Origin: Scenedesmus sp. PABB004
Lineage: Eukaryota
Reading direction: 5' to 3'
Length of the DNA: 20,000 bases
Assembly (NCBI GenBank): GCA_014905635.1
Contig: JABVCE010000014.1
Span: 985,305 to 1,005,304 of the forward strand
Positions within the stretch are counted from its first letter, which is position 1; each line of letters begins with the position of its first letter. The notes under the pieces were generated by a model. That model was not told the origin of the DNA. It saw nothing but the letters and a program-made list of their open reading frames with translations, and searched no databases. Made by a program: the position numbers and the translations under genes. Of this stretch, positions 1-11,800 are shown piece by piece.

Positions 1-2002
1 GCGCCCGGCGGCGCGCCCGGCGGCGCGCCGGCGCGCCCGGCGCCGGTGGCGCCGCGCCCGCGGCCGGCGGCGTGCCGGCGGCGCCGAAGCTCATCGGCGC
101 GGCGCTCGGCGCGGCGCCGGTCGGCGCGCCGCTGCCGCTGCTGCCGGGCGCGGCGCTCGGCGCGGCGGCGCTCGCGCCGGGGCTGCCCAACCTGCCCGGC
201 GGCCCCGGCGCGATGATGGCGGCGGCGATGGCGTCGGCCGCCGCCGCGGCCGCGGCGGGCGCGAGCTTTGTGCACCCCCTCGCGGCCAACCCGCTGCACA
301 CGCAGCTCGCGACGCAGATGCTCGCGACCAAGGCCTCCCCCGACGCCGCGGCGCGGTGCGTCGTCGTGAGCGGCTTCCCGCCGGGGCTCGACGCGGCCGC
401 GCTGCGCGCGCTCATGGGCGTCGCGGGCGGCGTGGCCGACGTCTCGCTCGCCGCCGCGGTGGGCGAGCAGCTCGCACTCGTCGAGTTTGAGGACGAGGCC
501 GGCGCGGGCACGGCGCTCTCGCTCGGCGGCATGGCCATCGGCGACGCCTACACGCTGCAGGCGCGGCGCGGCGCGGGCCGCTGCGGCGCGCGGCGCAGCG
601 CATGGGCGCGCGCCGCCGCGCCCGTCACCGCGCCGCCGCGCTCACACACGCCGCCGCCGCGCGCGCGCGCGCGCGCAGGTCGTCAAGGCGCCGGCGGTGA
701 GCGCGCGGGACGTGCTGGCGCTCAACCCGGTTCTGGCGATGCAGATGCAGCAGGTACAGGCGGCGCAGGCCTCGATGGCCCAGAGCAAGGCGCTGCTGGC
801 GCAGCTGCGCGCCAACGCGGGCCTGCCCGCGGCGGCGGCGAGCGGCGGCGGTGCCGGCGGCGGCGGTCGGGGGCGCAGTCGCAGCCGCAGCCGCGACCGC
901 AGCCGCGACCGCGGGCGGCGCAGCCGCAGCCCGCCGGCGTTTGTGCTGGAGCGCCTCCGGCAGCGCGAGCTGCAGCAGCAGCGCGCCGGCGGCGGCGGGG
1001 GCGGCAGCGGCCCGCGCTTCTGGCCCGACCGGTGCGTGGGCGCTTAGCGCCGCGCCTGGGGCGCGCACGCGCACGCGCGCTGCGCCCGCCGCCGACGCGC
1101 AGCGCCCGCCGCCGCCGCCGCCCGCGCCCGCAGGCCCAGCTCCACCCGGCGCAGCAGGAGCAGGGAGCGCAGCCGGCGCGAGCGCAGCCGGAGCAGGGAG
1201 CGCAGCCGGCGCGAGCGCAGCCGGAGCAGGCGCCGCAGCCCCGAGCGCCGCCGCAGCCGCAGCAAGGACCGGGCAGGCGGCCTGCGCCGCGGCGACAGCA
1301 GGCGCGAGCGCAGCAGGGAGCGACGCAGCCGCAGCCGCGACCGCCGGCGCTCGCGGTCGGGCTCCGCCGAGCGCGGCGGCCGCCGCGACAGGGACCGCGA
1401 GCGGGGCAGGGAGCAGCGCGAGGGCAAGCGCGAGGGCGGCCGGGGCGGCGCCAAGGAGGAGCTGCAGCCGGGCGGCGAGGGCGGGGCGGGCGCCGCACCG
1501 ACGGCAGAGGCCGGCGCGGAGCAGGCGCAGGGCGGGGCGCCGGCGGCCGACGCGGAGCGGCCTGGCGACGGCGGCGTCGATGGTGGCGTCGCCAACGGCG
1601 CCAACGGCGCGGCCAGCCCGCCCGCCAAGCGCTCGCGGAGCCGCAGCCCCGCCGGCGAGGAGGCGCCCGCCGCTGCCAACGGCGGCGACGGGGGCGCGCC
1701 GGCCGGCGAGGAGGCCGGCGGCGGCGACGTGGCGGCAGCCGCGCCGCAGGCGGCGGACGGCGCGGCCCGCGGCGGCCGACGGAGAGCGCGGCGACCGCCG
1801 CGGCAAGCGCCGCAGCCGCTCCCGCAGCAGGAGCCGGCGCCGGTCGCGCTCGCGCAGCCGCGGCCGGCGCAGCGCGAGCCGCTCCCGCTCGCGCGACGGC
1901 GGGCGCCGCAAGCGCTCCCGGAGCCGCAGCGGTGAGCGGCGGCACCACAAGTCGCACAAGTCGCACAAGAGCAAGCACAAGCACCACAAGGGCGACCGCT
2001 GA
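1..2002 (+). CDS. RRM + RS-rich splicing-regulator-like protein (SRSF11/SREK1-like architecture), 5' end outside window. Exons <1-560, 679-1031, 1134-2002
   Basis: RRM-like segment RCVVVSGFPPGLDAAALRALMGVAGGVADVSL...LALVEFEDEAGAGTALSLGG...YTLQ|VVKA is joined across a GC-AG intron (561-678). A GT-AG intron lies at 1032-1133. Extensive RS/RE/RD repeats follow, then a C-terminal HHKSHKSHKSKHKHHKGDR and TGA at 2000-2002. One extra C near 1766-1768 must be removed to reach the last RS block. Confidence 0.8.
1150..1229 (+). repeat. 33-nt coding tandem repeat (RSRSRERSRRE), about 2.4 copies
   Basis: cgcagc(a/c)ggagcagggagcgcagccggcgcgag is repeated within the RS domain. Confidence 0.8.
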
Positions 2003-2476
2003 CCGGCTGCGGGGCGCTGGCGCAGTGCGGCGGCCGCGGCGGGCGGCAGAGGAGGACGCGTGGGGGAGAGAGTAACGGCGCTGTCCGGTCCAGTTTCATT
2101 GTTGGCGGTGCCCGCGGCAGCACGCGCCGCCCTCGCCCGCGTCGCAGCGGCTGCCCCCTGTCGCAGGGGGCGGCACCGCTCCCCCCGTCGTCACCGACTG
2201 CGACCCCCCCCCCCCGGCCTGGTCCTGCATCAATGCCCAGGTGAGCGCGGCGCTGCAAAACTCGGTGCTGGCGGCGCCCGCGGCGCTGTGCGGGTGCGTT
2301 CGAATGGACGCGGCGCGCCGCCGCGCGCCGGCACTGCCGCCAGCCGTCGGCGGCTGCAGCGCAGCGCCGGTGCGCCGCGCGCGCGCGCGTCCGGTGTCCG
2401 CCAGTCCTGCTGGGGCAGCCAGTTGCAACTGGCCCAATTGGGTTCTAATCCTCGTCCCCTCCCATCTGCCGCCGGC

Positions 2477-5400
2477 TCACGCGCCGGTGCTGGGCGTGGT
2501 GATGGGCCGGATGCCGCCGCCGGTCGACACGCGCGGCCGGCGCGGCGACGCCGCGGCGGCCGACGCGGGCGAGCCCGGCTGCTCGGGGTCGGCGCGCGCC
2601 TTGGCCGCCGGCGACAGCGGCGAGCCCGGCTCGCCGCTGAGCGTGCGCGCGCGGTAGGCGTGGGTGGCGGCGTCGTACATGCCGCTGCGCTCGAGCTGGC
2701 GCGGCGCGGCGGAGGGCGGAGGGCGGAGGGCGGCGTCGGCGCGCGCGCGCCTGCGCTGCACGCGCAGGCCGGCGGGGCCTTGGCCTTGGCGCGTGCGGCA
2801 CGTGGGCGCGGCGCGCAGCTCACCCGGCGCTTCGGCACCTCCAGGACGAGCCCGGCGATGGTCAGCGCGCCCAGCAGTGCAAAGATGGGCGCCAGCCATG
2901 CCGCGAGGCTGCCGCGGCGCGCGGCGAGCAGCGCGCCCAGCACGCACGTGGCCACGCCTGCGGCGGGCGGGGCGGGGCGGGGTCGGCGTCGGCAGCCGCT
3001 CCTGGCTGGCTCCTGTGCCTCCCCCTGAACACGCGCCGCCGCGCGCACCGACGAGGACGGTCAGCCAGCCCAGCGCGGCGTGGCCGCGCCGCCAGCCGCC
3101 GGCCTTGCGGCTCGCCGCGCCCGGCCAGGTGAGGCCGAGCAGGGCCTGGAGCACCGCGAGCCCCGTGGCGGCGGCAGCGAGCGCAAAGTGTGGCAGGGTC
3201 AGGCCGGCGAGGCCCGCCACGCCGCCGCTGGCGGACCAGAGCAGGGCCATGGGCACGGCAAAGGACGCCGCCACGGCGGCCACGCCCAGCGCCTGCAGCC
3301 CGTTGTGGAGGTGGCGCCACAGCGCCGACACCTGCCCGGGCTGCGGCGGCGGTTGGGCGGCGGCGCCGGCGGCAGCGGTGAGCGCCCGCGCGCGCGCGCC
3401 GGCTGGCCTCGGCCCCGCGCCGGCGCGGCCTTGGACCCCGCGCGTGCGGCCCCGCCAGGACCCCCGTGCGCGGCGACGCCGCGCCGGCGCACCTGGCCCT
3501 CGCCAAAGAGCCACTTGTGCCGCGCCAGCAGGCCGCCGGCGGGCAGCAAGAAGCAGAAGGCCGCGAGGCCGAGCGCGCCGTGCGCGACGATCGCCGCCGC
3601 GCGGGCGCCGGAGGGGCCGCCCGGGCCGGCGGACGCGGCGCCTGCGGCGGCGGGCGCGCGGGGAGGGGCGCGTGGGCAGCGCGCGCGGGCGCCGCCGGCG
3701 CTGCAGGTTCCTGCCGCGCGCGCGGCGGGCGGCGGTGAGCGCCGGCGGCGGCCGGCCGCGCCTGAGCGCATGTCGACGATGATGGACCCCTGCTGCTTGT
3801 GGCGCCCCAGCGCGGTGCTGGTGGAGGTGGCCCAGATCAGCGGCACAACTGGGGCGGCGGGGGCAGCAGCGGGGCGGGTCGGCGGGGGCTGGCCCGCGCG
3901 CGCGCACGCGCGTGGCGGCGCCGCGGCCGACGAGGCCCCCTCCTCTCGGGCGGCGTGCGGCGCACCGGCGGGGTTCAGGTTGCTGGTGAGCGCCGCGTCG
4001 GTCGTGGCGGGGCGGCTGAAGCAGAGCGTGGTGGTCTGGCTGTTGGAGGTGAGGTTGACGCGGCGCACGGCGCCCAGGCCGCTCGCCCAGCCGGGCGCGG
4101 GGCGGACGCCCAGCACGGTGCGCGAGGTGAGGCGGTGCGGCGCGACCTGCGCGCGGCGCAGGGCCGGGCGCTCGCGTGGGCGGCGCGCGCGCGCGCGGGC
4201 GGGCGGCGGCCGCCACACGAAGCGTGCGTCTCCCCCCGCCCAGCCTGCCCCAGCCGGCGACAAACCCGTGTGTCGCCCGTCTTGGGGTCCACGCTGCCGA
4301 TGACCGCGTCCGAGGGCACCATCTGCCCCGGCGTGACGGGGAAGCCAACCCCCAGCCAGCCCTGCGCCGGCGGGCGCGGCGGCAGCAGCACAGCGCGGGC
4401 GCGTGCCCACATGTGTCAGCGCGCCGCTCAGCGGCCGCGGCAGCGCGTCCCGACGCAGCGCGTGGCGCGCCCGCGCGCCGCCGCACCTCCTCGCCGCTCT
4501 CTAGCGCAAGGTGCATCATCTCGCCGGCGCCCGGCGGCGGCGCGCGGCCGTCGGCCTTGCGCGTGCAGGCGTTGTCGGGCGCGGGCCCGCCGTAGCTGTA
4601 GTGCAGGCGCACGCCGCGCGACACCTCGCGGCTGCAGTCGTAGCCCAGGGAGGAGCCCTCGGGGCAGGCCGAGCCCGCCTGGCTCATCGTGGACGGCGCT
4701 GCGGCGGTGATCGTGGTCAGGACGCCGCTGCGCGGCTCCGGCTGCTGCGGCGCCGCCTCGGGATGCTCCTCGCCGGGCTGCTGCTGCGCCGCGGGCTCGG
4801 CGGACGCGCCGGCCGGCGCGGCGGGCTGCGGCTCGGGCTCCGCCGCGGCGGCGCCGGGGGTGCAGTGGTTGGGCGGGCACTGGCTCAGCCGCAGCACGGG
4901 CAGCCCCAGCTGGCTCTTGGACAGCGGCGCCGTCGGCGAGGTCGCGCTGGAGACCTTCACCTCCACCGGGCCTGGCCCGGCGGCGGGCGGCGGCGGGCGG
5001 CAGGCGACAGGGGCGGTGTGTGGGCGCGGCGCTGGCGCGGGCACCCACGAGGGCGGCCGCCGTCCCCGCCGTCCCGCGCACCGAGCATGCCGCAGGCGAC
5101 CTGCCACCGCGCGGTGAGGCGCCTGACCAGCTGCCGGTCGGGCGTCGTCAGCGCGTTGGCGCTGCGGCGCGCGGCGGCGGGCGGGCGGGCAGCAGAGTCG
5201 GCGCCGGACGGCGCGCGAGCGCCGCCGCGGCGGCGCGCGCCCCGCCGCGGCGGCGCGCGCCCCGCCGCGGCGGCGCGCGCCCCGCCGCACCAGCGCGGAA
5301 CGTTGGCCTCCAGCAGCGTGCCCTGGGAGACGGTCAGCAGCGCGCCGCGCGGCGCCTCGCCCGCAAACGCCACCTCCACCGTGTGCGTCTCGCCCGGGCA

Positions 5401-5735
5401 CAGCCCGGTCACGGGCTTACCATTCAGGCTGACGCTGAGCTCGCTCGCACTGCGCGCAGGGCGGGCAGCAGCAGCGGCGGCGGCGCGGGGCGTCAAGCGG
5501 CGCGCGTGGGCTGCCGCAGCTGCTGCGCCGGCTGGCCGGAGCTCTAGGGACTCTCCACCACGCTCCGCGCGCACCTGTCGAGCACCAGCGGCTGCGTGCC
5601 AGCCACAGCGCGAGTGGGGTGGCCGAAGCACCCTTGCTGCGGCGGGAGCAGCAAAGAGCCCGTCGCGCCTGTCGTCGCTAAGGCTACGACCAGAGCTGCC
5701 ACCAGCTGCAGCGCGCCAAAAAAACGCAGCTGCAT
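2477..5735 (-). CDS. DOMON + cytochrome b561 (CYBDOM / ferric-chelate reductase-like) membrane protein with signal peptide and putative N-terminal Reeler-like domain. Exons 5735-5575, 5449-5291, 5161-5082, 4971-4487, 4361-4266, 4146-3966, 3848-3762, 3641-3493, 3331-3049, 2957-2824, 2695-2477
   Basis: Signal-peptide-like start MQLRFFGALQLVAALVVALATTGATG. DOMON motifs GVRLHYSYG, GWLGVGFP..GQMVPSDAVIG (heme Met), TLCFSRP and LIWA..LGRH (heme His). Cytochrome b561 helices carry four His: AHGALG, HLHNGLQ, PHFAL, GHAALGW. All ten introns are phase-consistent (nine GT-AG, one GC-AG at 3761-3642). Confidence 0.85.
5222..5288. repeat. 20-nt minisatellite, about 3.3 copies, in intron 2 of the DOMON/b561 gene
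   Basis: The unit ccgccgcggcggcgcgcgcc repeats in exact 20-nt register. Confidence 0.9.
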
Positions 5736-6589
5736 GGCGTCGGCGCCAGACGAGCCGCAAGGGTCGGCTCGCGCGCAGGCAGCCTCGCAGAGGCTGGCAG
5801 CGACGCTGGACGTCGTGGGTGTCGATGTGAGCGTCGGGGAATCGTGCGGGAGCTGCTCGAGCAGCGCTGCGAGCTCAGGGTCTGCCGGCGGCGTCCGCAG
5901 AGCTGGCACGCGTCCCGGGAACACGCGGCGCGCTTGCACGGCCCCGCACGCACGCGGGGTGCGACGACCGCCAAAAACTCTCACTAGCTCACGCGCCGCG
6001 CGCGCGCCCCGCGCGCTCCGCAACCGCAGCGCCGCACGCGGTGAGCGCACGAGCTTCGCCGACGCAGACCGACCTACCACACCACCACAATGAACAGTGC
6101 TGAGTCACGCGTTGCCGCACGCAGTGCCGGAAGTGCAGGGGAGAGGGCGCCGGTCCAACCATGGCGGGCGTGGGCGCGCCGCGCCGCCGCCCCACCTGCC
6201 GGCGTGCGGGGGCAAACGCGGCCCCTCGGGCCGCCGCTGCTGGTGGTCGCCCCCACCAGTGCAAAGCTGTCCACGCGGCGGCGCGCCCCGGCCGCCGACT
6301 GGCTTCCCCCGACCCACCCCCTGCATACATGCAGCCAGCTGCTGCGGGGGAGCCAAAACCACGCGGCGCCGCGCCACGCGCGAGAGGGGCACGAGCTGCC
6401 GGGCGGCGGCGCCGGCTGCGGCACGGGCGCCGCCGCCGCATGGACACAGGCGCGTCGGGCGGCGCCGCGGGCGCCGGGCGCCCGGGCGCGCCGCGTGCCC
6501 CCGCCTCGCCGCCGGGTGCGCGTGGTTGGCGGCGCCTGCTGGGCGCCCGCTGCGCCTGCTGCGCCGCGCCACATCAACGCCACATCACG

Positions 6590-8350
6590 TCACAGGTAGT
6601 GCATCGCCGCGCCGGCGGGGTCGTCGTACTCGTCGTCGTGCCCCTCGCTCGCGTAGCTCATGCGCGGCTTGTTGGCGGTGAGCTTCTCGCTGATCATCGC
6701 GCACGCGAGCTGGATGGCGCCGTAGCTCCCGCTCACGCTCACCTCGCGCTCGTGCGTGTGCGGGTCCATCTTGCTGCGGTCGCTGATCTTGATGGTCACC
6801 TTGGCGTTCTGCGCGGCGGCACCGCGCGGCGGCGCGCGGGCGGGCGGGCGGGTGGGTGGGTGGGTGGGTGGGTGGGTGGGTGGGTGGGTGGGGGAAGAGC
6901 AGCGGGCGCGTGGGCAGAGGCCGCCCGTGCGACGCGCTGGGGCCGCGCGCTGCTGACCCCCCTCCCCCGAACCGCCCCCGCCTCGCCTGCTGTATCTGCG
7001 TCAGCGTCTGGCCCTTCTTGCCCAGCACCGCGCCGACGTCCTCGTCCTGCAGCGCCATCAGCAGCTGCGCCTTGGCCGCGCCGAGCACGCTGCGCGCGGT
7101 GCTCGTGCGCACGGCGGGGATGAGGCCCTGCGTGTTGGCCAGCTGCAGCGTGAGGTCCATGTAGGCACCAAACTTGTCGTCAGCAGACAGCTGCGCACGC
7201 GGACGCACGGACGCGGCACGGCGGCGGCGGCGGGACAGCGGCGGCGGGCGGGGCGTGCGGGGCGTGAGGGGCGGCGCGTCGCGGCGCGGGCCGCGCCACA
7301 CTGCGCCGCGGTCCTCCTCCCGCGCCCGCCGCGGCGCGCCGCCACGCCGCCACGCACCGTGTTGAGTATGAGCGCGACCGCGCGCAGCACCTTGTCGCGG
7401 CCGCCGCTGACGGTGATGAGTCGCTCGCTGTCGCTGGGCGTGAGCTCGCTGAGCGGCTGCACCCGGATCGTCGCGCCGCTGTCAGACATGAAGTCGCGGA
7501 TGGTCTGGCCCTTCTGCCCGATCACAGCGCCGCACAGCTTGCGCGACACAGCCATCTTGACCTGACGCGCCGCAGGAGCGGGCGGCGCGGCGCCGCGGAC
7601 GTGGGCGCACCGCGCGCGGCGGCGACGCGCCGCGTGCGCCGCGCCGACCGCTGCGTGCGCGGCGCCGCGTCGAGCGCCGCACCGCGTCCTCGCGCGGCTT
7701 GGCCGCCGCGCGGCCCATGGCCATGGCGGGCTCCTTGGGGAGCTTCTCGAGCATGAGGAAGACGCTGGTCAGCACGCTGTGCAGCGAGCCGCTCAGCAGC
7801 AGCACGCGCTCGCTCGTGCCTGCGGCGGCGGCACGGCGCACGGCGCACGGCGCGGCGCGGCGCGCGGCGGGGTTGTGTGGGCTGGCGTGGGCGCCGCGGG
7901 CGCGGGTGGTGGCGGCCCTGGCAGGGCGCTGGCGCTGGCGGGCGGCCCCCGGACCTGGGTAGAACTCGCCCGCCCGGGAGAGCTGCACCCGGGCGCCGGA
8001 GTTCTTCTGGATCTGCTCGATGGTCTGTCCGCCCTGTGGGCACGCGCGACGGCCGGCGGGATCAGGCCCACGCCGCCCAGGCGCGGCAGGGCGGGCGGGG
8101 TCGCGGCCATCTGCTGCTCCCCGCGCGCCCGCCCCGACGCGCCGCGACGCGCCTTGCCGATCACGCTGCCCGCGGCGGCGTTGGAGATGAGGAGCTTGGC
8201 GATGACGGGCTGGCCGCCGCTGGGCGTGTCGGCGCTGGTGCCGGGCAGGCCCTCGCAGGCGCTGCTCGCGGGCGCCTCCTCCTCGTCCTCCACGTCGGCC
8301 TCCTCCTCGAGCTCGGCCTCCAGCTCCGCCTCCAGCTCGTGGTCGGCCAT
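6590..8350 (-). CDS. Triple KH-domain RNA-binding protein (Nova / plant BTR1-like). Exons 8350-8153, 8033-7955, 7819-7683, 7561-7358, 7190-6987, 6808-6590
   Basis: Three GxxG loops: [92 protein letters not shown]. Acidic N-terminus. ATG at 8350, TGA at 6592-6590. No frameshift is needed. Confidence 0.92.
6850..6889. repeat. (GGGT)10 microsatellite in the last KH-gene intron
   Basis: Read directly. It is (ACCC)n on the transcribed-sense strand, and the + strand fits the G-quadruplex consensus. Confidence 0.92.
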
Positions 8351-8827
8351 AGGGGCGGGCGGGGGGTGCGGGGGGCGGGTGGTGGGCGATGGGGGAGGGC
8401 GGGGGTGGTCGAAGGGGGCGTCGGGGGAGGCGTGTGGCGGGCGCGGGCGGGCGGGCCGCAACCTGGCGTCCCTGCAGCAGCAGCCGCGCTTTTGGCACGG
8501 CCCTGCGCCGCGAGCCTGCACACCGGCGTGCCGGGGGCTCCCTCCCAGACGCCGCGCCCGCCCCCACATCCCCACGCGCGATCTGGCGCGCCGCCGCACG
8601 CCCAGCAGCGCCGACGCGGCGCGACAGCGCGCAAACCATCACGCCGCCGCGCCGGCGCAGCGCACCGCCCGCGGCGCGCCGGGCCGGCGGGGCATGAGCA
8701 CGCGTGCCTGAGCAGGCACCCGGCCCAGCCCGCCCGGTCCTCGCGGCGGCGCGCGCGGCGCGGCGGCGCGCGCGGAGCAGCAGCGGCAACCGCCGGCGCG
8801 TCGCGGGCCGCGCCCGGCCGGCCGACG
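8351..8827. promoter_or_regulatory. Probable shared bidirectional promoter plus both 5' UTRs (KH gene and APC8)
   Basis: The two divergent start codons are separated by only 477 bp. I identified no specific core motif. Confidence 0.55.
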
Positions 8828-11800
8828 ATGGCGGGCGAGGCGGCGCCGAGCGCCATCTACGCCGAGCTGGTGGCCGCCGTCGGCGAGCTGCGCGCGCGGG
8901 GGCTGGGCCAGGCGGCAAAGTGGGCGGCGGAGCAGCTCGTGGGGCTGCCGCCGGGCGCGGCCGACGCGGGCGCGCCTGCGGCCGCGGCCGCGGCCGCGGC
9001 GGCGGCGGCCGTGCCGGAGCACCCGCGCCTGCTGCAGGGCCGCGCCTACTTCGAGGCCAAGGTGGGCCGGAGGGAGGCAGGGCGAGTGGAGGGGTGGGGG
9101 AGGGGGTGGTGGGGCGCGTCGCGCGCAGCCAGCAGCGCCCCCGACCCCGCGCACCACGGCCCGCCGCCGCGCGCGCCGCGCAGGAGTATGGCCGCGCCGC
9201 GCACGTGCTGGGCGGCGTGCCGGGGCGCGTCGCGCCCTTCCTGCGCTGCTATGCCCTCTACCTCGCGGGCGAGCGGCGGCGGGAGTGAGTCGCGGCGCTG
9301 CGGAGGGCGGGGGAGCCGCGCCGGGCGACCACCGCCGCAGCGGCAGCGAGGGTCGGGCGCCGGGGGCGCAGCCCCGCGCCCTGGGCTGCCGTGGCGCGGC
9401 GGCGTCTGACGACGCGCGGCGCCGCCGCCGCTGCGCAGGGAGGAGCGTGTGGAGCTGTCGGGGCCGCTGGGCAACGCGGCGACGGTCAACCAGAACCTCG
9501 ACCAGGCGCGGCCGCGGCGCCACGGCGGCGGCGGCGCGCGCTGCGGCGGCGCGCGCTGCGGCGGCGGGTCCGGGGCGGCCACGGCGGCGGGCGCGGCAGC
9601 GGCGGCGGCGGCGGCGCGCGCGCTCACGGTGGCGCGGCCGGCGCAGGTGGTCGCTGAGCTGGAGGGCGGCGCGGCGGGCGGCGCGCTCGCGGGCGACGGC
9701 GCGGCGCTGTATCTGCGGGCGCTGTGTGAGATTGACCGGTGCGGCCGGCCACTCAGGAGGGGGGCAGAGGGGGCGGGGGGGGGGGGGGGGGGGGGAGGGC
9801 GAGCCCCGGCCGCGGGCACGCGACGCGCCCCGGCCGCGGCCGCGCCGCGCCGGCCGCGAGCGCGCCGCGCCGCCGCGCGCGTCCGCAGGGACCACCGCGA
9901 CAGCGCGCGGCAGCTGCTCGTCGCGGCGGTGACGGCGATGCCGTGCAACTGGTCGGCCTGGCAGGCGCTGGTGGGGCTGTGCGACGACCTCGACGCGGTG
10001 TCGGGCCTCGCGCTGCCGGGGCACTGGGCGCGCCACTTCTTCCTCGCGTCGCTCTGCCTGGAGCTGCAGCACAACGCCGAGGCGCTGAGCCGCCTGCAAG
10101 TCATCGACCAGGTGGGCGCTGCGCCGCGGCGCGGCGGCGCCGCGCCGGGGCAGCCGGGGGCGCGGCGCGGCGCGCCGCGGCCGCGCGCGGCCCCCCAGCT
10201 GAGCGCCGCCGGCGCCGCTGCCGCGGCACACACACATCCACACGCACCCCCCCCCTCCCCCCCCTACGCCTCCAGATCTTCCCCGGCAGCGACTGGGTCG
10301 CGGGCAGCGCGGCGCAGGCGCACTACAACGCGCGCAACTTTGACGAGGCGCAGGCGCTGTTCGAGGACCTGCTGCAGCGCGACCCGCACCGCCTGCAGGC
10401 GCGCCGCGGGGGGCCTGCGCTGCGCGGGGCCTGCAGCACACCGCGCCGCGCCGCGCGGGCCGCTCGCTCGGCCCTGGCCCCTGGCACGCGCCCCTCCGTG
10501 TGCCCCCCCTCCTTGCCTTGCCCCCGCTCCCCTTCCCCCCTCAAACGCGTCGCCCCCCGTTGACCCCTCACTTGACTCACCCCCGCCCCGCCCCTGTGCG
10601 TCCCCTGTGTGCCCCCTGCCTGTCCCTGCACACACACAATGCGCGCAGGGCATGGACACCTACAGCAACATTCTCTTTGTCAAGGAGGCCTTTGCGCCGC
10701 TGAGCCACCTCGCGCACCGCCTGGCGGCGGGGGCCAAGTACAGCCCCGAGGCCTGCTGCGTGGCGGGGAACTACTACAGCCTCAAGGTGGGTGTGTGTGT
10801 GGGGGGCGGGGGGGGGGGGGGGGTGGCTGGGTGTGGGAGGGAGGAGGGAGGGAGGGGGGAGGGAGGGAGGGGTGGGTCCATGGTCGAGGGCGGGCGTGCG
10901 CGCCGCCTCGGCCATGCCGGCACGCAGAGGCGCGCGCACCCCCGCCGCCGACACCCCCGCTGCCGGACCCCCCCCCCACCCACCCACCCGCACACACACA
11001 CACGGCCGCCGGCGGTCATCCTGCGCAGGGCGCGCACGAGCGGCGGTGGAGTGGTTCCGCCGCGCGCTGTGCCTGAGCCGCACCTACCTCAGCGCGTGGA
11101 CGCTGATGGGGCACGAGTACGTGGAGCTCAAAAACGCGCCGGCCGCGATCGGTGCGCGACGCGTGCACGCGCGGCACAGCGCGCACGCGCTGTCCGCGGG
11201 CTGGGCGTGGCGGCGTGCCTCGGGCGCGCGCGCCGCAGTGCGCCAGGCCGCGCCGCCCGCCGCCGGGCCTCGGCCTGCGCCCCCCCCCCCCCACACACAC
11301 ACGCCCACACACACACGCCCACACACGCCCACACACACGCCCGCGCCTGCGCCGCCGCCGCGCCGCGCAGAGGCGTACCGGAGCGCGGTGTGCCTCAACG
11401 CGCGCGACTACCGCGCCTGGTACGGCCTGGGGCAGACGTACGAGCTGCTGGGCATGCCAGTCTACGCGCTGCACTACTACAGGTGGGGGGCAAGGGGGGG
11501 GGGGGGCGCAGTGCACCCAGGGGGCAGGGGGGAGGGGTTCCAGGGGGGCAGGGGGGTGCGGCCACCAATGCCGCCTGCATGTGGTGCGCTGCGCGTGCTG
11601 CGACTGTCGCGACTGCTGCGCGTGGCTGACGTCGACCCTCCGCCCTTCGACCCCCCCCCCCCCCCCCCCCCCGGCAGGCGCGCGGCGCTGCTGCGCCCCG
11701 GCGACCCGCGCATGTGGTGCGCGCTGGGGCACTGCTACGAGGCCGAGGGCCTGGCGTCGCCCGGGCTCGCGCTGCGCTGCTACCGCCGCGCCGTCGCGCA

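Noticed and set aside
2096..2437. 113-aa minus-strand ORF downstream of the b561 gene
   Set aside because: It has no recognizable domain or convincing splice link, and lies in the probable 3' UTR region between convergent genes.
5222..5288. Regularly spaced repeats resembling a CRISPR array
   Set aside because: There are no unique spacers and no cas genes. It is an intronic minisatellite.
6850..6889. (GGGT)n as an interstitial telomere
   Set aside because: It does not match TTTAGGG/TTAGGG-type repeats. It is a simple intronic microsatellite.
6590..8350. Idea that the Nova-like KH protein regulates neighbouring CA-rich introns
   Set aside because: CA repeats are common in algal introns, and proximity gives no evidence of targeting.
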